Positions 10,535 to 19,149 of a DNA stretch of 64,000 nucleotides are shown here, piece after piece. Source of the DNA: a virus; IMG/VR virus record IMGVR_UViG_3300022927_001391, positions 32,001 to 96,000 of that record; one strand, written 5' to 3'. Position numbers and translations under genes: made by a program. Each line of letters begins with the position of its first letter. The stretch's first letter is position 1. The notes under the pieces are model-generated. The model saw only the letters and a program-made list of their open reading frames with translations, was not told where the DNA came from and did not search any database.

Positions 10535-11136
10535 TGGAATACAAAATTTTAGATAAGTTTGAACATGCGCTTAGTGTATATACTGGTGCACCATTTGTTG
10601 TACTCACTGATAGTTGTACTCATGCTATTGAACTTTGTCTACGACTAAAGCATCCCAAAGGACCTGTAATACTTCCCAAACACACCTACATTAGTATCCC
10701 AATGACAATACACAAGTTGGGATTAGAGTTATATTGGGACAAGGATTATAACTGGGAGTATGAATATCGTATTGCTCCTACAAATATCTGGGATAGTGCT
10801 AGAGCATTTGATGAAAATATGTATGTCAGCGGTCGTATGCAATGTCTAAGTTTTGGCTGGGATAAACGTTTGGCTATTGGTCATGGCGGTGCTATTCTAC
10901 TTGATAGTAGGAGCGATTACTTCCAGTTAAAGCGTATGGCGTATGATGGCAGAACGTTAGATACTTCTCCTTGGGAGAATCAAACTTATTGGCGTTTAGG
11001 GTTTCATTACAATATGAGACTAGAAGATGCAGCAAAGGGCATAGATATGATGTTTCATCCAGAAGAAATGCCAAACAAAGAAAGTCAGTTAAAGACTTAT
11101 CCAGACTGTAGCAATATTAAAGTTGACTTATCTTAA
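10534..11136 (+). CDS. Short DegT/DnrJ-like PLP sugar aminotransferase
   Basis: DSCTHAIEL, DSA, SFGWDK, GHGGAIL, GFHYNM; only 200 aa. Confidence 0.7.
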   Translation: MEYKILDKFEHALSVYTGAPFVVLTDSCTHAIELCLRLKHPKGPVILPKHTYISIPMTIHKLGLELYWDKDYNWEYEYRIAPTNIWDSARAFDENMYVSGRMQCLSFGWDKRLAIGHGGAILLDSRSDYFQLKRMAYDGRTLDTSPWENQTYWRLGFHYNMRLEDAAKGIDMMFHPEEMPNKESQLKTYPDCSNIKVDLS

Positions 11137-11151
11137 TTTATATCTTATAAT
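11123..11151 (+). promoter_or_regulatory. Sigma70-like promoter TTGACT-N17-TATAAT (ATCT before -10)
   Basis: Seen directly upstream of folE. Confidence 0.75.
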
Positions 11152-11178
11152 TAAAAAAATTACAAAGGAACACAGTAC

Positions 11179-11859
11179 ATGAGAAAGACTTCCGATATTA
11201 TTCGTAATCGCATTCGCGAGACAAACACACGTTTTCATTCTAATGATAACATTAGTGAGTTCATTGAAGAAGGTGAACTGACACTACTTCAACAAGAAGT
11301 TGAAGATAGATTCCAAGAAGTTCTCGATGCACTAATAATTGATACAGAGAACGATCACAATACACAAGAGACAGCCAAGCGTGTTGCCAAGATGTTTATT
11401 AATGAAACATTTGGCGGCCGTTACGCACCAATGCCACGGGTTACGGCATTTCCTAATATGGGTTACAAGAGCATGTATACCAGCGGCCCTATTAGTATCC
11501 GTAGTACCTGTGCTCACCACTTCCAAAACATCGTGGGCAACTGCTGGGTCGGAATTATCCCAGAAGATGAAGTAATTGGTCTTAGTAAGTTCAATCGCAT
11601 CATTCACCATATCGCTGAACGCCCACAGATTCAGGAAGAAATGACTACACAGATTGCAGAAGCATTAAAAGAATATGCAAAGACAGAGCATATCGCTGTA
11701 GTAGTTAAAGCTGAACATCATTGTATGACACATCGTGGTGTTCGCGAACATGAGAGCGATATGACTACCGCAGTGATGTGTGGTGGATTTCTAAATGATC
11801 CAAGTGTAAAGCAGGAGTTTTACAACATCTGTTTGAGCATGAAGGGTCATAGTAACTAA
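11179..11859 (+). CDS. folE: GTP cyclohydrolase I
   Basis: TAKRVAKM, STCAHH, GLSKFNR, QIQEEMT, HHCMTHRGV. Confidence 0.95.
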   Translation: MRKTSDIIRNRIRETNTRFHSNDNISEFIEEGELTLLQQEVEDRFQEVLDALIIDTENDHNTQETAKRVAKMFINETFGGRYAPMPRVTAFPNMGYKSMYTSGPISIRSTCAHHFQNIVGNCWVGIIPEDEVIGLSKFNRIIHHIAERPQIQEEMTTQIAEALKEYAKTEHIAVVVKAEHHCMTHRGVREHESDMTTAVMCGGFLNDPSVKQEFYNICLSMKGHSN

Positions 11860-11873
11860 TCAGGGAGAAACAT

Positions 11874-12497
11874 ATGTTGAAGTTACTAGAAGGTGTAGAT
11901 CGCAAGTTGGTTAATCAGCTTGTTATCATGCACGTAATCGTAATTGCACTTTCAAATTACTTGGTGCAGTTCAAGTTTAACCTGTTCCCAGGTGCTAACT
12001 TGCCATTCTTTGGTGAGTTTCCACTTGCAGTTGCAGCATTTACATTTCCAATTGTAGTTGTTGCCACTGACTTGACCGTCCGTATGGTGGGCAAGGAAGC
12101 AGGCAGGGCAGTTGTTGCCCTAGCAGTCATCCCAGCAATCATTGTAAGTATTTTGGTTGTTTGGGGCGGCGGTGCACCAGTTGAGAAGGCACTACGTATT
12201 GGTGCAGCAAGTGGTGTTGCATATGGCGTTGGTACAATGCTAGACGTTTATGTATTCCAGCATATTCGTGAGAAGTTCACAGAGATGTGGTGGGCTGCTC
12301 CAGCATTTTCAACAGTCTGTGCAAACGTACTAGACACTTATGCGTTCTTCTATACAGCATTTTATCCAGCACCTTGGGTACATGCTGTTGCGTTCAACCA
12401 AACAATTACAAAGATCGTTGTAGGGTTGATTGTGTTCCTACCAGCATATGGTTTCCTACTAGGCCATCTGCGTAAGAAACTAGGGCGTACTCTATAA
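11874..12497 (+). CDS. yhhQ: Queuosine precursor (preQ0/preQ1) transporter, YhhQ/Vut family
   Basis: Multi-TM protein; ALSNYLVQ, FTFP..VATDLTVR..G, LDVYVF, WW.APA.ST, DT..F. Confidence 0.88.
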   Translation: MLKLLEGVDRKLVNQLVIMHVIVIALSNYLVQFKFNLFPGANLPFFGEFPLAVAAFTFPIVVVATDLTVRMVGKEAGRAVVALAVIPAIIVSILVVWGGGAPVEKALRIGAASGVAYGVGTMLDVYVFQHIREKFTEMWWAAPAFSTVCANVLDTYAFFYTAFYPAPWVHAVAFNQTITKIVVGLIVFLPAYGFLLGHLRKKLGRTL

Positions 12498-12506
12498 CAA
12501 TAACGC

Positions 12507-12546
12507 TATGAAACGGAGGGTCCGTGTTGGGCCCTCCGTTTTCATA
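12507..12546 (+). terminator. Intrinsic terminator after yhhQ
   Basis: AAACGGAGGGTCC-GTGTT-GGGCCCTCCGTTTT, 13-bp stem with one G-U, followed by a short T run. Confidence 0.75.
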
Positions 12547-12559
12547 AAGGACAACTTTA

Positions 12560-12862
12560 ATGCCAAAAATATATGAATCACCAGACGGTGGTATTACTAT
12601 ACGTGCAAGAGAAATAGGCGATCCTATTTCAAGTACTATTACAATCGGGGGCTCGACCTCAACGGTGACAAGTACTGGATTTGGAAATGCAGCTAACATT
12701 ACCATAACTCCTCCAACTGATCCTCTTGAGGAATATTTGCAACAAAGACTTGATATGATGGACAAGTATCCAGAATTAAAAGAAAAATGGGAAGAGTTTG
12801 CAGAGTTAGAACGCCATTACAAAGCCTGGGATTTACTTAATATAAAGGAAAGTAAAGTATGA
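12560..12862 (+). CDS. Hypothetical protein
   Basis: AAGGA RBS; KIYESPDGG.T N-terminus and KYPELKEKWEEF C-terminus, both of a kind common in phage small proteins. Confidence 0.6.
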   Translation: MPKIYESPDGGITIRAREIGDPISSTITIGGSTSTVTSTGFGNAANITITPPTDPLEEYLQQRLDMMDKYPELKEKWEEFAELERHYKAWDLLNIKESKV

Positions 12863-13179
12863 AATGGTTTGATAAATGGTTTTATAAACAAAGTAAAAAG
12901 GCGTGGGAATCGCAATCTTGTAATTCAACCCCTAGCGTCGACGCTAGGAGTATTCCTAACGTCCCTACTCATGGTAGGCCTACTCCCAGTAATATAGGGG
13001 TAGAAGGATTAAATATGCAAGTTGCTAGAGCTACAGGTGGATATATAATTCAATTCAATAGATATGATGGTCTTAACGACGTTAATAATAGTAATCTTTA
13101 TATTATCAATGACGAAGATGATTTTGATACAAAAATTAGTAGTATTATTAAGTTGGAAATGTTTAAACTTCCACATTAA
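12859..13179 (+). CDS. Hypothetical protein
   Basis: ATGA overlap, AAGGA RBS. Confidence 0.6.
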   Translation: MKWFDKWFYKQSKKAWESQSCNSTPSVDARSIPNVPTHGRPTPSNIGVEGLNMQVARATGGYIIQFNRYDGLNDVNNSNLYIINDEDDFDTKISSIIKLEMFKLPH

Positions 13180-13194
13180 CAAAAAATTTAAGAA

Positions 13195-13226
13195 ACGGTA
13201 GACAAGTCTAGACTCTGTGTTATTAT
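13195..13226 (+). promoter_or_regulatory. Early-type promoter ACGGTAGACA-N16-TATTAT with extended TG
   Basis: Matches the repeated early-island promoter (AAACGGTTGAC-N-GTGCTATTAT); palindrome AGTCTAGACT in the spacer. Confidence 0.6.
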
Positions 13227-13258
13227 AAGAGTATGTTCAAGGTGAACATGCTCTTTTT
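13227..13258 (+). terminator. Intrinsic terminator hairpin overlapping the predicted start site of the S8 promoter
   Basis: AAGAGTATGTTCA-AGG-TGAACATGCTCTT followed by TTT. Confidence 0.6.
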
Positions 13259-13281
13259 AGTCAAACTAACACGGGGTTAAA

Positions 13282-16200
13282 ATGACTTATAAGACACTAG
13301 CAAGCGCATTGCTCGCCACTACAATGCTGACAGCGTGTCAGGGTGGCGGAAGCGCAGTTAACACAGTAAAGCGTGAACTTAGTCCTACAGCGAATATCAA
13401 TTTTGCTGCTATCTCAGGTGAAATTTCTGCTCTAGAGGCAGCAGTAATGGAAGCACAGGGCGCATCAAGCCTTAGTGCAATCCTTAATCCTACACAAGCA
13501 GACAAACATATGGCAGGAGACATTGTCAGCAAGATTGACAATGTTATAGCTAGTTGGGATAGCCATAAGGCAGAAATGAATGCCAAACTCTTGGCAGTAA
13601 AACTAGCTGATCCTGACTTTCAGAAAGCTGAAGCTGTAGTAAACATCCTCAAAAATCAGGTGCGTCCACTTGTTGTTAACGTAACTGAAGGCAAGGCTTA
13701 CGATACTACCAAGTTTGTCTTTATGGAAAAGAAAGAATCACTGGATAAGGTTATTGAAGATACTAAAAAGGATATCTTTAATAATGTTGTACCAACTCTT
13801 ATTAGCTCAAGCACAAGCGCAGTAAAGGTATCTGAAACTACAGCTACAAGTTCGGCAGAGCGTATTAGTGAAACCGTTGTTACAGACGGTGAGCAGACAG
13901 TGCGTGGCGGCACTGGAATTAGTGACCTAACTCGTACTGCTAGCTGGACACGCACTACAACTAAGAAGATGGTATATGATCGTAGCTGGAGTGTTACATT
14001 ACAGAACGTAACAACCTCTGTATTCAGCGATGGTACAACTAAGACTGAAAATGGTGCAGAACGAGAAGTTCCTTATAAGGTAACTCTTGATGCATCACCG
14101 CAGGTAAGTACTGAATCGCTATCTAAAACTATTGCTTACAGTGTTAAAGAAAATAACGATCCTGCAATTACGGTTACACGCGGTTCAGCGTCAGTCGAGA
14201 ATGTATACGAAGATCGTGTAGAGAAGGTTACACAGAGTGATGGTAGCATTCTACACAATACGATTCGTAAGACAACTACAACGACTACCACGCCAGTTAC
14301 TACTACTAAAACTTATCCTAAGATCAGCGTCTATACATATGAGGATGGACACTCGTTCACTCATGATGCTACGGATGAAGTTATTAGTAGTGTGGAAAAC
14401 GAAGTAGTAGTAACTACTAGTGAGTCCACTATTAACTCAACTACTGAACATGTGGTTACCAAGGAAACAACAACAAACGAAATCATTACTGAAGTAGTAG
14501 AGAGCGAGCCGGTATTTGATACTGTTTATGAGGATAAAACTACAACTGAAACAGTTGATAGCAAAATCATTACAACAGTTACTCGTTACTATACCACTAC
14601 AGCCACAGTAACAACTACTACTACCACAAAAACTACTCCAGTCACCAAGCAGATTTGGACTGATGGTACTGAGAAGATTATTCGTGGTGACACTGTTACT
14701 GATGTAAAGACTGCTAGTACTGTTGCCAAGGATACCTGGACCAAGGTAATGAGCACCACAACCACAGATGCGCCGGCTGATACTACGCCTATTGCTGACG
14801 ATCACCCGGATATGGGAACTCGCACAGCAGGTTATAATACTGATCCAACAAGTTATCGTACATCAGAATTTACAGGCACTAAAGGCGTAAACTTTCTGAG
14901 TGCTGTTAAAGCAGATGTTGCTTACTCACGTGGTTGGACAGGTAAAGGCAGTCTAATTACCATTGCTGATACTGGCTGGGACAGAGATCATACAGATCTT
15001 TCTAGTGCGGTGAAGCATGAGTATAATACACTAACTGGCGGCACTAACACTTTTATGGATGACAACGTTGGTCACGGTAGTCATGTGTTGGGCATCGCGG
15101 CTGGGCGTAAGAACGGGTCAGGCATCCACGGTGTTGCATTCGATGCAGACGTAGCTGTAGTTAAGGTGACTGACAGCACTGTTTATAGCTTCCAGCGAGC
15201 TAGAGCTGGCGCAGCATGGGCCAGAGATTTGGGTAGTATTGCTTTCAGTGCCAGTGCAAACTGGAATGAAGACAGTGCGTTCAGAAGCAGTATCGTAAAT
15301 ATCGGTTCTGGAATGAATTACAGTAATCACTGGTACTACGGTGAGAATGGATACAATGGTGCTGTAGACGAAGCCAAGTTGTGGGCGACTGCACTAGGTA
15401 GCGAACAGATCCTTGTGAACAGTGCTGGTAACTTTGCTAAAGACTATGTATCAGGCAGTGCACAGATGGCCCATGCTACTGATGCAAATGGAAACCTTAT
15501 TATGGGCGGACGCATGCTGATTGTTGGTAGCTATGATGTTACTAACAATAAAATCTCTAGTTTCAGCAACAAGGCTGGTACTGTTTGTGCCACCTGGGAC
15601 TTTACAAATAATCTCTGTAAAGATGCTGCAAGGGCTAGCGACTTCTATATCCTTGCTCCAGGCGAACGTATTGAAAGTGCTTACAAGGATGGCACAACTG
15701 TAACAATGAGTGGTACAAGTATGGCTGCTCCTGTGGTTACAGGATCACTTGCTATCCTACACCAGATGTGGCCACATATGAAAGGTGAAAACCTCGTTAA
15801 ACTTGTTCTGCAGACTACTAACAAGGACCTGCCAGGTTACACTGTGGAAACACATGGACAAGGCATGTTGGACTTGGACAAGGCTACACAGCCTGTAGGT
15901 GCAACAGGTATTCCAACAAGCGGGCGTACGAGTGGTGCTATTGCTAACCTTGAAACACTAAGTGGTGGCGCTGCTGTCGGAAGTATTAGTAGCGATGCAT
16001 TTGCGGCACTAAGTAATGTTACGGTGCTTGATAGCTTTGAGCGTGATTTTACAATCAATCTAAACAACACTCAAGCTATTGATACTCGTCCTGGATCGTC
16101 AACAGAAGCACTAAGTTTTGGTGCAAACTATGACGGTTATTGGAATCTTGCTAATGCCGGCGAAGGCACTAGTGACTTGTTTGGTATTAGGACATCATTC

Positions 16201-16830
16201 AAGTTTGACCCAGATGCTAAAGCCAATGGCGACTGGGGCATGCGTACAGAGTATGATGTGCATAGTAGCGAAGAAACTACTATTACTGCCGCACTTGGAA
16301 TGATTAAGGAGACAGGTAAGTTCCTTAACAACGTTCAGGAAGGCTTTATGGGAGTTGGTGAGTCACACACCACAAACTATGCAGGCTTGCGTCTCAATCA
16401 CAAGTTTGATGAGAACTGGTTTGGGTTTGGTAACTTCCAGTTGGGCATGACAGACGTTGAGTCATCCAAGGAGTTTAGTCTAGTAACTGGGTACAGCACC
16501 CTAGTAAGTAACAGTTGGGGTGTCGGTGCAGGTTACAAGTTTACTAACGGGTGGACTGTTGGCGCTAACTTTAGTCAGCCAATGACAGTTACAAGCGGTA
16601 AGATGAACTACAAGGTTCCAGTAGGACGTACACTTGACGGACAGGTATTATTTAATGAAGGAAGTGCTGATGCAAGTACGAAAAATATTGAATATGATAC
16701 CGGTTTGTTTGTAAAATATAATGTAAACAATGTTGCACTTGCTGGCTATGCAGAGCATCGTAGCAATGTTGCAGGTGTCTCAGGTAACAATGAAGTTAAC
16801 CTAGGCATGAAAGTGAACTTGAAGTTCTAA
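13282..16830 (+). CDS. Lipoprotein S8 (subtilisin) serine protease with Thr-rich stalk and C-terminal beta-barrel-like domain
   Basis: Lipobox LTAC at Cys19; catalytic IADTG, GHGSHVLG, SGTSMAAP; oxyanion NSAGN; amphipathic strands ending in terminal Phe (MKVNLKF). Confidence 0.85.
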   Translation: MTYKTLASALLATTMLTACQGGGSAVNTVKRELSPTANINFAAISGEISALEAAVMEAQGASSLSAILNPTQADKHMAGDIVSKIDNVIASWDSHKAEMNAKLLAVKLADPDFQKAEAVVNILKNQVRPLVVNVTEGKAYDTTKFVFMEKKESLDKVIEDTKKDIFNNVVPTLISSSTSAVKVSETTATSSAERISETVVTDGEQTVRGGTGISDLTRTASWTRTTTKKMVYDRSWSVTLQNVTTSVFSDGTTKTENGAEREVPYKVTLDASPQVSTESLSKTIAYSVKENNDPAITVTRGSASVENVYEDRVEKVTQSDGSILHNTIRKTTTTTTTPVTTTKTYPKISVYTYEDGHSFTHDATDEVISSVENEVVVTTSESTINSTTEHVVTKETTTNEIITEVVESEPVFDTVYEDKTTTETVDSKIITTVTRYYTTTATVTTTTTTKTTPVTKQIWTDGTEKIIRGDTVTDVKTASTVAKDTWTKVMSTTTTDAPADTTPIADDHPDMGTRTAGYNTDPTSYRTSEFTGTKGVNFLSAVKADVAYSRGWTGKGSLITIADTGWDRDHTDLSSAVKHEYNTLTGGTNTFMDDNVGHGSHVLGIAAGRKNGSGIHGVAFDADVAVVKVTDSTVYSFQRARAGAAWARDLGSIAFSASANWNEDSAFRSSIVNIGSGMNYSNHWYYGENGYNGAVDEAKLWATALGSEQILVNSAGNFAKDYVSGSAQMAHATDANGNLIMGGRMLIVGSYDVTNNKISSFSNKAGTVCATWDFTNNLCKDAARASDFYILAPGERIESAYKDGTTVTMSGTSMAAPVVTGSLAILHQMWPHMKGENLVKLVLQTTNKDLPGYTVETHGQGMLDLDKATQPVGATGIPTSGRTSGAIANLETLSGGAAVGSISSDAFAALSNVTVLDSFERDFTINLNNTQAIDTRPGSSTEALSFGANYDGYWNLANAGEGTSDLFGIRTSFKFDPDAKANGDWGMRTEYDVHSSEETTITAALGMIKETGKFLNNVQEGFMGVGESHTTNYAGLRLNHKFDENWFGFGNFQLGMTDVESSKEFSLVTGYSTLVSNSWGVGAGYKFTNGWTVGANFSQPMTVTSGKMNYKVPVGRTLDGQVLFNEGSADASTKNIEYDTGLFVKYNVNNVALAGYAEHRSNVAGVSGNNEVNLGMKVNLKF

Positions 16831-16842
16831 GGAGAAAAGGTA

Positions 16843-17301
16843 TTGAACCTAACTACGCTGACATATGAAAATGTAGAAGCACTACAGTTTGATACCAACC
16901 ACGACCCCGTGAGACCCGAGCTTGACCTTAATTTTAGGTTGGGCCCGGGTCGTCGGGTTTATGTGTTGGAAACGGACGGTAAGTATCAGGCAGCAATTTG
17001 CGTTGCCTATACTAATGAAGTACCAACTACTGTAAAGGAACTTGACCTTATGAGTCAGGCTGCTTGTCAGGAAGATCAACACGGTTCTATTTGCGTAGCA
17101 TATACAGTTTGGAGTCGTGCGCCACGTGCTGGCAGAGACGTTGTTTTTCGTTTGCTAGATGAATGTCGTGCAAATGATAAAGTCAAACGTCTTATTACAC
17201 TAAGTCCAAAAACGGATATGGCACGGAGGTTTCACTTAAACAATGGAGCAGTTACTTTGCAGAACAATACTGCAACTGATAACTACGAATACAGTTTATG
17301 A
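16843..17301 (+). CDS. Hypothetical protein, possible GNAT-like fold
   Basis: TTG start with AAGGAG RBS; YTVWS...RAGR..V, TLSP...ARRFHL.NGA. Confidence 0.5.
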   Translation: MNLTTLTYENVEALQFDTNHDPVRPELDLNFRLGPGRRVYVLETDGKYQAAICVAYTNEVPTTVKELDLMSQAACQEDQHGSICVAYTVWSRAPRAGRDVVFRLLDECRANDKVKRLITLSPKTDMARRFHLNNGAVTLQNNTATDNYEYSL

Positions 17302-17735
17302 ATATGTTCAAAGATAGGAAACGTGTAATCCTAGATCGCATTGGGCAGAAGCCCTACTTGGTTAGGTATTACTTGTTTCTAAAAGATCGTAAATGGTTTC
17401 CATTTAATGTATTTTTACATAAGTTTTTACAAAGCGATCCGGATGAACTACACGATCATCCCTGGCCCTACTTCACGCTAATCTTACGTGGGGGTTATTG
17501 GGAGACTACTCCTAAAGGACGCTTCTGGCGTGGTCCAGGACACATGCGTTTTAGCGGTCCTAAGAGTCTACATCGTGTAGAACTAGAACCAGGAGTATGT
17601 GCTTGGTCACTATTCATTCCTGGTCCTAAACTACGTGAGTGGGGTTTCATTGTCAACGGCAAATGGATGCACAATGAAAAGTATTTTGAATGGCGTAAGC
17701 AAAAGGTGAGAGATGAAAAAATTATATCTGTCTAA
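17298..17735 (+). CDS. Cupin-like phage protein
   Basis: LH...D...LHDHPW...ILRGGYWE...HRVEL. Confidence 0.7.
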   Translation: MNMFKDRKRVILDRIGQKPYLVRYYLFLKDRKWFPFNVFLHKFLQSDPDELHDHPWPYFTLILRGGYWETTPKGRFWRGPGHMRFSGPKSLHRVELEPGVCAWSLFIPGPKLREWGFIVNGKWMHNEKYFEWRKQKVRDEKIISV

Positions 17736-18225
17736 TCGAGATATTGAAAAGGGTGTACATAACGTTATAAAGCAAATGTATGCTGACAACTGGCGGCCCG
17801 ATTATATTGTAGGTATTACCAGAGGTGGATTAATTCCTGCTGTTCTAATGAGTCATCTTACAGGTATTAAAATGCACACACTGGATGTTCGTTTGCGTGA
17901 TGGCGATGAACAAGAATCCAACTGTTGGATGGCAGAAGATGCATTTGGTATTTTCCAAATGGGTGGCATATATGAAGATAAGAAAATTCTTATCCTAGAC
18001 GATATTAACGATAGTGGTGCTACATTCCAATGGATTAAAGAAGATTGGCCGGCAGGCTGTCATCCAAATGAACACCGATGGGATAAAGTTTGGAATCAGA
18101 ATGTTCGCTTTGCAACTATTGTAAACAATCTTGCAAGTCCATTTAACATCGATTATACAAGCATTGAAATTAACAAAGCTGAAGAAGATACATGGGTCGT
18201 ATTCCCCTATGAGGAGTGGTGGTGA
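17713..18225 (+). CDS. Type I phosphoribosyltransferase (xanthine-guanine PRT-like)
   Basis: GITRGGLIPA, ILDDINDSGAT (PRPP loop), WVVFPYE. Confidence 0.88.
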   Translation: MKKLYLSNRDIEKGVHNVIKQMYADNWRPDYIVGITRGGLIPAVLMSHLTGIKMHTLDVRLRDGDEQESNCWMAEDAFGIFQMGGIYEDKKILILDDINDSGATFQWIKEDWPAGCHPNEHRWDKVWNQNVRFATIVNNLASPFNIDYTSIEINKAEEDTWVVFPYEEWW

Positions 18226-18587
18226 TGATTGAACTCTTAATAGCACTGCTAGTTAAGCACTGGCTCAGCGACTTCTGTTTACAAACTCCGTGGATGATCC
18301 AGGCAAAAAGTAAACCATTTGGTCTAGGTGGACTGATCCATGCAGCTATACACGGTGTCTTTACATTTGTTATTTGTTATTATTTTATTGGTTGGCCTTT
18401 TGCTCTATTTGTTGGATTAGCTGATTTCGCCGTACACTACACTATTGATTATTGTAAAGAACTAGTATCGCGTGTTATGAAACTGACACCAGCACATCAG
18501 CAGTATTGGATATTGTTTGGTTTTGATCAACTATTACATATGTTAACATATGTTGCTATTTGGAGTTATGCACGTGGCATTATTTGA
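18225..18587 (+). CDS. DUF3307-like membrane protein
   Basis: KHWLSDFCLQ, HAAIH, HYTIDYCK, GFDQLLH. Confidence 0.75.
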   Translation: MIELLIALLVKHWLSDFCLQTPWMIQAKSKPFGLGGLIHAAIHGVFTFVICYYFIGWPFALFVGLADFAVHYTIDYCKELVSRVMKLTPAHQQYWILFGFDQLLHMLTYVAIWSYARGII

Positions 18588-19149
18588 AACACACAAAGAC
18601 TGGATCTCAGAGGATGAACATGGCATGTTACAAGCATTGGTGTTGTATGCTCCACGCTGGCGTTTTGGTCAGGTAAGCGACAATACAATCCAACCAAACT
18701 ATCCCATGTGGTTCCAAAACTTTTGGGATATTAGAACATTTGAGTTCAAACCAGATCAAGAGATAGTGACCAATCTGTTACGTTCACTAAAAGATAGATT
18801 TTTAGAGTTATGCCCGGGCAATTATAAACTTGTTAGGTTTATGGCCAGTAGTAATACGTTTGGCATTGATGGTGATATCCATACAGACTGGCCACATCCT
18901 GATGTAAGTATTACAGGTGTACTTTATACAGACAAGGTATGGGAACAGAACTGGGGCGGGGAAACGGCCTTTTATAAGGATGGTGTCGTAGAAGCTAGCG
19001 AATATGAACCCAGAAAGCTTATTACATTTGATAGTAGTATTGCCCATGTAGGCAAAGGGCCGCAGCGACGTTGTAAGGAAATGAGAACAATTATAGCGTT
19101 TCAAGCAGTTAGCGAAGATGCTCTAAATGCTAAAATGAGAAAGAATTAA
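18574..19149 (+). CDS. 2OG-Fe(II) oxygenase (prolyl-hydroxylase-like)
   Basis: HTD, WGGET.F, FDS...H, R..IAF; GTG start with GGAG RBS. Confidence 0.8.
   Translation: MALFETHKDWISEDEHGMLQALVLYAPRWRFGQVSDNTIQPNYPMWFQNFWDIRTFEFKPDQEIVTNLLRSLKDRFLELCPGNYKLVRFMASSNTFGIDGDIHTDWPHPDVSITGVLYTDKVWEQNWGGETAFYKDGVVEASEYEPRKLITFDSSIAHVGKGPQRRCKEMRTIIAFQAVSEDALNAKMRKN

Noticed and set aside
14270-14640. ACN-rich tract as a microsatellite or phase-variation locus
   Set aside because: Thr codons are mixed (ACA, ACT, ACG, ACC), indicating protein-level selection
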